A stretch of 61,728 nucleotides of DNA, filler included, from Hausera hauseri (taxonomy: Eukaryota): the NCBI GenBank assembly GCA_046269625.1. It is 11 parts of 11 records of this genome, joined end to end, with 100 filler letters (N's around TTAATTAATTAA, not from the genome) between each part and the next. Parts side by side here need not be neighbours in the genome. Positions count along the whole stretch, not along the records: positions 49,521 to 54,595 come from JBJURY010343601.1; positions 54,696 to 61,728 come from JBJURY010042555.1; 9 more parts are not named here. The stretch is one strand, 5' to 3'. A program made the position numbers and the translations under genes. This document shows positions 51,619 to 61,728 of this stretch, one piece after another. The notes below the pieces were generated by a model, which worked only from the letters and a program-made list of their open reading frames with translations, made no database searches and was not told where the DNA came from. The first letter of the stretch is position 1. Each line of letters opens with the position of its first letter.

Positions 51619-51930
51619 ATGTTGTTGTTGTTGGATGTCCTCATCGCCGAGTGTCAGCGCTTATGGATGAGCCCTGATAAGGGCTGTAGTCCTAAGAAGG
51701 ACTCAGGAGTAGTTGTGTTGTGTATTCCTGCTGTCTCAGTGGAGTCTAGTAGGGTGGACCGGGGTCCTCCAGGCTTTAGTGCGATGCTTGACCTCCTAGA
51801 ATTGATCCACTTCTCAACTTGGGGACTGTGGACGATCCTTCCAACGTTGGCCAAAACTGCTTCTGTTTCCAGGACGCACTACGAGGAAGTGTTGGAAGGT
51901 CTTGGCCCGTATGTTGGTTCCTGGCTCTGA
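51619..51930 (-). repeat. 3' end of non-LTR retrotransposon, copy 2
   Basis: Reverse complement of 50745-51040 with (CAA)n tail. Confidence 0.7.
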
Positions 51931-52949
51931 CGAGATCAGGAAGCGATCTCAAGTCTCACCGTCCCACTCATATAGGGACCGTGATACATCACCTATCGCA
52001 ACCACATTTCACTACCGACAAGGTCATTGCATCATCTGCACAAGTCGAAAGACATGGCGTCGAACCTGCTGCCAAGAGGCGCCCTCTCGCAGTGACAGAA
52101 ACATAAACCAACCAATGAGTAGCATCCCCAGCTAGTATCATCGTTAGACTCGATAACATCATCAACTCAAAGGCTGTTTCATCAAATTAATCATTTTATG
52201 TAGTGTGTAACTTTGTTGATTAAATTATTACTTAAAAATGTTATCCTCGTGAAAGTGACCAAAATATTTTTTTTTTTTTTAAATTGACGAGCACTGGTGT
52301 AAAAGGTTAAACGCGCGACGTAATTTCTTGATTGATCGTTATTTCCCCGTGTGCTTCATAAAACTGGACTGGGCGTTTATTTTGACAATTAGAGAGATGA
52401 GCATGAAGCCAAAATTAACCCGAATTCTGGGGTTAATGGAATCGACATCACCATGGCTTGGCAAATTATTCTTCGATAATCAAGTCGGAATTAACAGGTA
52501 ATATACTGCAGGTGGTTTATTGCTTGCTGGAGCCATAAATTGAATTAGATACTGGCTAGTCCTGATGGATTCGTCTAGACCAGGTAGCGTCCACGATTTA
52601 TTGGAAATGTTGCGTTATAAAGCTTCAGCGACAAGGTGGGATTGATTTGGAAGAGATAACCAACACGGAGAGAAATGGCGGAAAGAAAAGAAACATGGCG
52701 GATGGGGGAAAAATAAAGACACATCAATGAGAGAACTCCGGAAGTTCATTAACTACCGTTTGTGCGGGATGACACAGCAGCTCGATGATTGGTTGAAGTA
52801 ATAACAGAGGTATGCGGTCAATGGCGGCACAGGTGGAAACAAAATGGACTGGAGCCGACATGTCGCTGCCAAAATGTTTGTTGTGGTCGTCGTCAAGGTT
52901 ATTATATTGCTATCATTATGGCTTCAGTTGTTATCTTTAGACAGCCTAA

Positions 52950-53600
52950 CTTTCTTTGTTATGCTCCTTGTGCTCATATTGTAGACAACAAGGTGACTTG
53001 CCTCCACGAATTCGGCCGTCATCAGTGGATCCCCACGGCTGCCCCACATAATTTCTTTCCATACTCTTATTCTCCGACCATGTCCGAGGCCATAGGTCTT
53101 CCATGTCTGCAGAATGGGATCTGGGATCTAAGGGTCGTGCAGACATGTGCGCTGTACGGTGTATGGAGCTTTCACCTTGTGGAGATGAGCTTCCCGTCTG
53201 CTGTGTCCTGTGTGAGAACCTGAAAATTGAGTATGTTGTGCTTAGGGTAGTGTGTTGGTATAGATGCGGTCTGTTCTGTGAAACCACAGCGTCTTCGATG
53301 AATGTCGTTGCTTCTTTAAATGATACTCTGTGATATAACTGTTCCTCCCGGTCACCAGTTTATATCACTCTGTCAGCTAGCTCATTTCCTTGTATGCCAT
53401 AGTGTGCATGGATCTATTGCAGTGATATTGTATGGATAGTTGGATCAGTTCCTCTACAACTGTTCTTGTTAGTAAATCTTCTGGTTCCCATTGAATGGTC
53501 TGGGGAACTGACAGTCACACAGGAAGACAATGTTTGCATTTGTAAGTTTCTGTACCGCTAGTATTTGCGTAGCTTCGCCTGTAGTTCAGCTCTGTCGTTT
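52950..53600 (-). mobile_element. Non-LTR retrotransposon relic (I-group-like) with RNase H
   Basis: ISLQ*IHAHYGIQGNELAD at ~53370-53430 matches LQWIP.H.GI.GNE.AD. Confidence 0.7.
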
Positions 53601-54061
53601 GTAGAAAGTTCTTGGAAGAGCATTTTGACTTGCACTATGTGGAAGAACACTTTAACACCATTTGGAAGAATACTCGAGCTTGCATGTTTTGAAAAACCAC
53701 TCAAAAACATGAACTGAAGCAGTGTAAAACTTGCGATAAAAGATGCACAACAAGAAACAAAAAATGGTTGGGTGTAGTCTTCCTCTGTGAGCACATTTGA
53801 TAAACAGCAAGACCCGAAATTTGCAGCCAGTAAAGGAAATTCTTGTATCATTTTCATAGAGTTCGGAGCCGTATAGTGTTATCCTTAGTCCACTCGCTTG
53901 GTGATCACATGGTCGTGAATTCAGTCTCAGCTGTGGTGATTTGAATTTTTTGATCGAAATGGCTTGAGTGGTCCACCCAGTCTCAGAATTGTGTACCAGA
54001 GAAGTTTTCCATCAAAGGTGGCCTGGTATGATGCTGACAGTGTAACCCGGTTATGTTCCAA

Positions 54062-54271
54062 TATGTCCCCAGTTGAGAGGTAGATCACTTCTAGGAGGCC
54101 AAGTATTGCACTAAAGCCTGGAGGACCCAGGTTCACCTTATTAGACTCCACTGGGACAGAAGGAATGCTCAACACAACTACTCCGGAGTCCTTCTTAGGA
54201 CTACAGCCCTTATCAGGGCTCATCCAGAGGAGCTGATGCTCAGCGATGAGGAGATCCAACAACAACAACAA
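54062..54271 (+). repeat. 3' end of non-LTR retrotransposon, copy 3
   Basis: Same twin-hairpin sequence and (CAA)n tail. Confidence 0.7.
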
Positions 54272-54595
54272 CTCCTTACAGATTTTCAGCGAACGAATAA
54301 ATCAATTTCGTACTAAAATTGTGTCGTCATAGAAAAAAACAAACCAGACAGTATGGATAATTATCGTAGATATAAGAAGAAACGATTTTTTGTTTAAACG
54401 AGCAATTTAGTAATTAGAGATTGATGACAATAGATTGAATGTAAGTGATAATGGAAGATAATACAGAAGATAACACTGGGATGTGATGTACATTTATTTT
54501 TATTTCAATAGGTGAATTGATGGGAAGGTTAACGGAAGTGCAAAAGAATTAATATGCAAGCCACTTGACAGCAACCCGGATTCAGTGCTTTGATG

Positions 54596-54695
54596 NNNNN
54601 NNNNNNNNNNNNNNNNNNNNNNNNNNNNNNNNNNNNNNNTTAATTAATTAANNNNNNNNNNNNNNNNNNNNNNNNNNNNNNNNNNNNNNNNNNNN
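54596..54695. other. Artificial spacer 10
   Basis: N44-TTAATTAATTAA-N44. Confidence 0.98.
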
Positions 54696-55333
54696 AGTCC
54701 GAGATGCTGCAATGTATTTCGAGTATTTACAAACGGATGAGGACAAGGAACAATACGACAAGAATTTAGTGCCACTGAGTGGAATAATAGCCAATTTTCC
54801 AAGGCCGAAACGCCCAGTCAACAGGCCTAAGAAGGCGCGAGAAGAAGTTGACTATAACGGAGAATTGATTAGAGAGTTTAGACAAATGTCGATTTTAATG
54901 AAGAATTAAACGAATTAATGAAGAATTTAATACGCATTGTAAATTATTCAAGACTTCGAGGTGACACATTAGATGATAAAGAAAAAGCAATATTCAATGT
55001 AGCTAGAATGATGAAAGTTCACGTTTCAAGTTATCAAAAATTAACTTAACCCATGAATTGGTAATCGAAAAGATCATGGTAGAAAACATCAATGAAGAAT
55101 TAAGAAAAGTATTACTATAGTTAGCTATCAAAATAAACCCTGATCGAGAGAATGAAATTAATAGAGCTACAAGCTTATCACGAAGAGCGGCAAGAAAGCT
55201 AACCTGCGAAGTAAATTGGTCGAGACTATTCGACAAGGAAGAAGACAAACGGTTCGGTAATAGTAATAGACTCGAGGATATGTTACGTAATTAGGTAACA
55301 ACCGGTAATAATAATCGGAAAAACGAATCAAGT
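54696..55333 (+). pseudogene. C-terminal part of unknown region X
   Basis: VRDAAMYFEYL..QYDKNLVPLS..DYNGELIREFRQMS..LMKNLIRIVNYS matches 31773-32425. Confidence 0.75.
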
Positions 55334-56932
55334 TGGCTAATCAGCTTACTCACCTTGAGTATACTAATAAAGCACATATGAGCTATTACCGTCTATGACT
55401 GCGATAAGTTTAAACTAGGGCAGAGATATTCCATAATGGATTTAAAAGTGTGCGAAGATTCCAAGCCGCACAAGTTATAAACGAAAGACAAAAATTATTT
55501 TCTGTACCAACAACAAGAATTGATATTACTAGATGGAATGGAATGTATGCCGAGACAATCTCGTAGCATTTTTCACTGTGAAATAATACACGGACATTCT
55601 TCAATAATCAAACCAACAACTCCTCAAATTCCTATGAACTTAAAACACCAGCACTGCAAGCAGGCTAAGGAGACCGGAAGAGTGCAATGGGACAGTATGG
55701 AATTAGAAATGTAACCAGGAAAGATAATTAGGGCGTACAAGGTTGTGGTCGGAAGGTTAGACATGCATAACGTATATTATAACAAAGCGGAATACGACAC
55801 GGGAAAAGGATTACAAGCAAAGGTAGTGGTCGTGGATTTCTATGAACGAGAGATGCGAGCACAGAAAGTAATGTTCCATAGTGTCACCAAACTATATACC
55901 GAGAATCAGAAATGTCATTTACATGACGTAACCTGTGCTTTTAGAAGTTCTGTTATAATGTGGGTACCTCCCTCTGGAAGAAGCTGTAATTTTATCAAAA
56001 TTAAGGAATTAAAGTTTAATGAAACTACCGGAAAGTGATATGTGGATAAATCTGATACAAACTCAAGGACACGCGAAGACGTATCAGAACATCCCACGCC
56101 CACTATATTAATCTCTGATCAGCATGGACTAAACTTTATTAAGAAAGAAATGATTTCTCGTTGTAAAGTGGTGATGATCGCTACTAACCATAAGGCGTTT
56201 TTCGTCGCCGAGACAGAAATAAATGCCAAGAATTACAAGTTAGAAACGCAAGATATCCGAATTGAGGATTATCTGAAAAACACAGACGATTACTTACATT
56301 ACAAAGGGCAAGTCGGAACAACCAAGTTATATCTTAAAATGATAACAAATGATTGTAAATTGGATTCCTATATGAGAAGGAATTTTGGTCGAGTTACCGA
56401 CGAAGTACTATTGACTTACGAATGTGAGAAAAGTGATATACCAATCAACTTTGAAGAAAAACGCTGCATGCAGAAACTTCCCGTTATTTACCAGAATATT
56501 ACAAGGTTAGCTATGCCACACACTATGGTGCTATTAAACAATGCAAATGAACCTACAATCCATAAGGATTGTAAAGCAAGCTTAGAAGAACCCATGTTTA
56601 GACGCAGTGAAACAGATTGTGTTAGTTTGCCAAATGGAGGTATTACTGCCGCTCCAAAAAATTAACAGAAACAAATCTTGCAAAAGGAATTACAAAAGAC
56701 AAATTTCAAGGCACCTCGTCAAAAGACATATATAGGCCTAAGGAAATCGAAGCCTTCAGACAATTCCTCGCTTTTCCGCGACAGGAGACACACAAATTAA
56801 ACCGAGCCATAGCCTCCGTAGTAGACGATACTCGATATCAGGCTAAATGGGAATCTTTGCTTGGCGTAAATCATTATCAGCGAGTAACCACATAAATACT
56901 CTACAAAATTTGGGGAAGATTTTTGATTTTTG
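55334..56932 (+). pseudogene. env: Chuvirus-like (class III, gB-type) envelope glycoprotein, truncated just before the TM anchor
   Basis: Signal peptide, VYDC, C..RQSRSIFHC...GHSS, WVPP..SC, ATNH, KLY..ITNDCKL, YEC..RC..KLPV.Y.N, IY....EAFRQFLAFP, KIWGRFLIF; one frame to 56665 with point stops. Confidence 0.78.
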
Positions 56933-57086
56933 ACCGTACGAAGTTACCAGAGCTACGCCAACCACAGTATACACCAACACTAATGGAAAGGAAGAGGTCA
57001 TGTCAGTACAAAGAGTTGTGAAGACGGAGATATGGCCCAATAAACGTTACAATTTACGCCAACGCGAGATAAAACTTCCTCAATAA
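56933..57086 (+). pseudogene. Integrase C-terminal GPY/SH3-like tail
   Basis: PYEVTRATPTTVYTNTNGKEEVMSVQRVVK..RYNLRQR. Confidence 0.65.
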
Positions 57087-57099
57087 TTGCTAGACCAAT

Positions 57100-58455
57100 A
57101 TCATATGTTCAGATAGTTTTAGCATTATCGTTAATTGCTTCTTATATCCTGAGAACAAAAGCTCAATGATGGGACGATGAAACTACGCTAGGAGATGTTT
57201 ACGGAATTCGAAAGAGCGGATCAAGGTCGAAAGTTATTAAAACGGAAAAGAAACGAACAGTCGAAGAAATGCAAAACAAGAAGACACAAAGTTCTTAAAA
57301 TCAATGACGATTCATTACTTTTAGCCAGACACTATGTGCGTCGGATTTAAAACTTGGAGACCTCATCGCAATTTCGGAAGATTTCAAATTTTCCCATATG
57401 ATGTAACAACAAAAGAAGTAAAAAACTGTGACCTTGAACTCGGAGATTATTTTCAGTGCTGCGACGTAGATTTTGAACATGTTTACATCCTTTCTTATCG
57501 AGTGTTCTTACCAGTCTCATCAGAAATCTATATGGAAGTAAACCCACAAAATGTGTTGATTATTCCATCTTGGCCCGGGCGATTCGGAAGGAAGCCCGAT
57601 GAAATTCTACAGTTCACCAACCCATATATAAGGCAATTAGATGAAAATATCAAAGGAATCGCGGTAAACCAGGAAAAACAATGCATTCAAATAGATGCTC
57701 GAACAGGATTAACTTTTAGTCAAGAAATTAGTATCATTTTCGAAGCAGTGAACGGAAAAACCCCGAGAATAAATTACTGTTCTGTTCATGCCGGTATGCA
57801 ACGCCCATGTTGTAAGTTACCAGTAAACCAAGAATTCGAAATAAAATTCGACTTATATGAAGTAAGACCGAATAAACCGAGCAAACATTTGCGGACTTAC
57901 TATACGAAAAATAGAGTATTGAGGATTCCAGTAGAAACGATTACCAAAAGGCCAATTACTCGAGTTAGTGCCATTACGAGACCGGCTACGTCGAGCAGTG
58001 TCCCTAAAAGAGAACTAGGAAGCATACCTATTAAATATTCGACGCATCGATCTAAAATTGTGTTCTTTGTAGAAGAAAAACAAATTTACGATATACACAT
58101 AAGTTGCCGAACAACCCATAATAATCACATTGTAACATTACTTAAAAGCACTTATCAGACAGAATGTTGTTTGTTGAAACCGCAATCTGATTACATAGTA
58201 CAAATAAATGCAGAAGATAAACAAAACCAAACAATTACATTACGTACCTTGGACAAATTTCGTGCAGAATCGCATACATATGAAAATATAGACGATGAAA
58301 TCACAACTCCACTCACCATACAAGCACCACTGAGATTAACCACTTTACCGATCGTATCTATTTTTGTAATGTTAACGTTTGTTCTCATTATACTAATTGC
58401 GATTTTTCTGTTAGTTTTCAAAAACTATTATTCCAAGCGTCCTAACATTACATAA
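57100..58455 (+). CDS. Type I membrane protein with FN3-like domain; signal peptide ~57100-57170 disconnected from the 373-aa ORF 57334..58455
   Basis: YVQIVLALSLIASYILRTKAQ; LKPQSDYIVQINA resembles FN3 L.P.T.Y.V.V.A; TM IVSIFVMLTFVLIILIAIFLLVF. Confidence 0.65.
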
Positions 58456-58498
58456 TTGGAACTAACGGAATTGGAAACCCCTATTGTTCCGTATGATA

Positions 58499-58607
58499 AA
58501 ATAACCTGACAACTACAGATCGGGTTATTCTATCATCTAACAAAGAATTAGTTTCATTTTAAAATCATCCTTTGTTTTAAGATTAACTTTTACTGTTTAT
58601 TTTTTAG
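58499..58607 (+). promoter_or_regulatory. Two hairpins, branch point, polypyrimidine tract and splice acceptor (copy C)
   Basis: aataacctga..tcgggttatt; aacaaagaat..atcctttgtt; ttaac; tttttttAG. Confidence 0.7.
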
Positions 58608-60790
58608 ACCGATAAGTAAAGAGAGAAATACGAAAACGGATACCGCACGACCTAGGATCGACGGACCACGATCTATCCAAGAACGAGAACGATGTAGTAT
58701 CGATAAATTACCAAAACGCCGACTTAGTATTGACAAGTTCTTGCAGAATTACGCTACCGTGTTTCTCCCAAATTCTAAATCAATATATAATTCTGTCAAC
58801 AACCGTCAGAAAAGGATTTGGACACATTCCTACAATCGTATAGACTAGTGAAAATGTCAGAAATACCAGAATCGTAGCAATCAATTGTGGAGGAGGAGAT
58901 GGCGCACGAAGGATTCCAATGGAAGTCTTAGTTCGAGAAACGAACGGAACAGAAATATATTGTACGATTATCAGCCCGAGAAAATGCGTTCGCGAGACAT
59001 ACTTTGATACGACAGGAATTCGTAAGGAAACACTCTTGAAAGGTAGAGATATCAAACTTGTTCAGGCAGAGTTAGAACATTGTTTATACGGATATATTAT
59101 AAGTGGATATCGCATCGATATCATTGTCGAACTCTTAGAAATACCCATGTCAAGCATCGTAGAAATGCGCGAGATAAGATTACATCCAGTAGTCGCCGAG
59201 CAGAACAAACGAATATTGCGAGAAAGGAATTACCCCGCACCAAAAGTAATGGATGCCTATTTCAAATTAATGGTCGACGCCATGAATAGCGAACATGTTA
59301 AGATTATCAAACTGTTAATCGCACGTCAACAAACTCAATACTTGAGAGACATTTACGTAGCTTTAAAATGGGGCCATGAGTGGACACCCAGTAATCCAGA
59401 ACAAAATTTAAGAAGTACATCCGAACCAGAAACTATGAACAAAAAGTATCGGAAGCAGTATTGTTCGTATTATTTGTGTAGAGTCGTGGAACACATGGGA
59501 CAGGATATAATCAAAATAACTATTCGGAAATTAGATCAATCGTGCACTGATGTGCCAAGCACCAGCTATGGTTCTCATATCAAACCAATTTAAGAAATAA
59601 AATCTACAATCAAGGAAATAGAAGCAATTCAGACATTCAAAGTACCCAAAATTCCACCAAAAAATAGAAAGTTGGAACACAAATTTTCTTAATCAAAAGA
59701 AAATTATCCATCTATAATTACTTGTTCAAAAAGAAAAATAAAGGAACAAGCTCAAACCAAGCTCAAGAAGACCGAACCGATAAAACGAACGAAGAACCCG
59801 AAATTTCAGAGATAGCAAGAGAAATTCTTACGACGTCCACAAATGACCAAATGGCAATCCCAGAAAAACCCAAGAGAAAAACATACAAGCACAAGAACCT
59901 AGTGAGCGGATATCAACAACTGTTCACTGAAGTAAATATCCTAAGAAAAAGGAATTCCCAAGAATATGTACATTTTGCAACAACTAAGGATTACCCAAAG
60001 ATGCTAATAACTACCGAGTATTATAGTCATCAGAAAATTAAAGAAGCGATGTTTTTCGTTAAGACCACACCAGCTCGAGAAGTATACGAAAATACCTACA
60101 TTTTGGAAAATCCTAAAATAGGAAGGTATATTGCACCAGTTTTCCAATCGAAAAGAAACGGCAAGTTAACAGTGCCAGTAAATAAACAAATGAAAACAGT
60201 ATCAGAAGTATCAAACGCATGGCGAAATTCCCGATTTAGATCGAGATACCATCGCCGATTGGATCTTAGTACCAGTAGGTTGTGACCCCAAAAAGAGTTC
60301 TGTAAACCCTAAACAAAAGAGAATCCATGGTTACCTATATCAAGATAAAGATGGTCTCATATTCGAACCTATAGAGCTCACAATAAGAGTAGATTTAGAC
60401 GATGAGAAATGGGATAAAGAGGAAAACGAATGCCAAGTATGTGAAGCACATATCAGTAAAGGATACGTTGTTTTGAATAACCGTGATTGCCGACACAAAT
60501 AGTGCGAGATTGCTTGGAAAAATGGACCCTAGATAATGGCAATACCACCTGTCCGGTGTGTAGAGCCGAAGCAACTAAACTGAAATACTTTTCGAACGGT
60601 AGTTACACCCGTGTAGTTCGAATAAAACCCCATTACAGTTATGAATTGGAAACGAATCCCCGAGAAACCCAGCCAAATACGGACTCAGAAGTGAGCTTAC
60701 GTAGACGAATAAATCTCCTAAGACAACCACGTTATGGCGTACCTCTCCTGATGCAATGGGCACATCCAAGGATGCCGCTCAGGGAGGAGA
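58608..60790 (+). pseudogene. Accessory pseudo-exonuclease-RING gene, copy C, internally deleted and frameshifted
   Basis: VFLPNSKSIY; IVAINCG..IYCTIISP..TTGI..ELEHCLYG; PKMLITTEYYS..TPAREVYENTYILENP; CQVC..CRHK..DCLEKW..CPVC. Confidence 0.8.
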
Positions 60791-60792
60791 AA
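60781..60792 (+). promoter_or_regulatory. Polypurine tract
   Basis: AGGGAGGAGAAA before LTR. Confidence 0.85.
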
Positions 60793-61728
60793 TGTTGTAA
60801 AGACGTTCAGAAAGATGTAAGACGTCCAAATTGTAAATACTATTATAAGCAGCATATTGTAAATATTTATTATTTTATAATATTTTCCATTATTGTACAA
60901 ACTTAAGAATTTGTACAAATATAAAGAAGGAATTTAGCAATAATTTGATATATTTTTAGAAAATTAGGAAAAAGCATTGAATTTATTAATTTTTAAATCA
61001 GAAAATACTGAAAAATTCAGCTAAACTATTTACAATTCCAAGAATATAAAATAAAATTAGTCACGTATGCAGTTGCATTAGTATATAAGCAAGTAGCAGA
61101 TATGAAATTTTTGAGTTGTTTGAAAGTTTATTCGAAGTTTTATTTGAGAATTATTTGAGATTACTCGAACTTCATTAGAGAAGTTTTCAATTGAGTTTAT
61201 TTGCGATGTTGAAAAGTCGTTGAAGATATTTGAAAGTTATTGCAAAGACGATATTCAGAAGCTTCCTTAACAGAGATAATTTCGAGAAATTAAATTGAAG
61301 AAGCATTGCAGAAGAGTTCCAGAAGTTTTCGAAAAAGCATCGAGAATTATTGTCGGGTTGCGAAATAGATTCCTGAAACAGTTCATTTCATCTTCAATTC
61401 CGATACCGGAGGTGTATCCAAGATGACGTAATTGTTGTTATTGTAAAAATATACTTGTTATTCTAAAATTCTTATATAGTTTCTCATTGCCCCTTAAGGG
61501 GGATTTGACTACACTAAGGTCTTCAATTCTACTGTAAAATTATATAGTTAAGAGGAGAATTTGTTAAACATTTTGCACAAGACCGCTAGCGAGTACCAGC
61601 ATTATTGATTAAACTAATTGTTATAAGGTACAATCTGTCTATTCGATAACGGTAGACCTTACCTGCATTAAGGTACTCAAATCTCAAGTGTAATTATTGT
61701 TATATAGTGGGAGTTGTATAAGGGCCAC
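60793..61728 (+). repeat. 3' LTR of copy C, last ~14 nt cut off by window end
   Basis: TGTTGTAAAGAC start; CCCTTAAGGGGGATTTGAC ~61490; ends TGTTATATAG..AGGGCCAC like the other LTRs. Confidence 0.88.

Larger units (their letters stand above)
54696..61728 (+). mobile_element. Giant retrovirus-like element, copy C (X end - glycoprotein - [deletion] - IN tail - membrane protein - accessory gene - PPT - 3' LTR)
   Basis: Homologous to copy A (30830-32440) at its 5' part and copy B (38862-42171) at its 3' part. Confidence 0.88.

Noticed and set aside
51660-51710. Hammerhead ribozyme (CTGATAAG between hairpins)
   Set aside because: Lacks the canonical CUGANGA and GAAA core.
52290-52440. piggyBac-like TTAA-CC termini
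   Set aside because: Only short matches, no paired TIR or transposase seen.
50747-54271. Three similar ORFs (LWMSPDKGCSPKKDSGVV) as a small protein family
   Set aside because: Antisense readings of a dispersed LINE 3' end, with starts falling in the (GTT)n tail.
4051-54695. Ten recurring TTAATTAATTAA motifs flanked by Ns
   Set aside because: Identical 100-nt artificial linkers, not a biological repeat or CRISPR array; adjacency across them has no meaning.

Overview
This window is not one locus. It is 11 unrelated eukaryotic contigs joined by artificial 100-nt spacers (N44-TTAATTAATTAA-N44). Most contigs are AT-rich, TE-dense DNA from an invertebrate-like genome, probably a fish parasite (inference). 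Two contigs (4151-8847 and 45434-49420) look like teleost host DNA and include a ryr3 exon. Recognisable content: a CsRN1-type Ty3/Gypsy element, Tc1 and Mos1-like mariner relics, Penelope/LINE/SINE fragments, a class I eIF4E exon and Polinton/adintovirus relics (two pPolB copies with termini, two tandem penton genes). The main discovery spans three contigs (28931-38761, 38862-42171, 54696-61728), which carry diverged copies of one very large Ty3/Gypsy-type retrovirus-like element with homologous TGTT...AACA LTRs. Its reconstructed order is LTR - tRNA-Arg-like PBS - gag(CCHC) - ~1,250-codon unknown region - chuvirus-like (class III, gB-type) glycoprotein placed before protease/RT - integrase - FN3-like type I membrane protein - conserved hairpins and splice acceptor - accessory ORF fusing a catalytically dead REX4/ISG20-like exonuclease to a RING finger - PPT - LTR. 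All copies are degraded. All family calls are by-eye motif recognition, not database searches, and boundaries of degraded ORFs are approximate.
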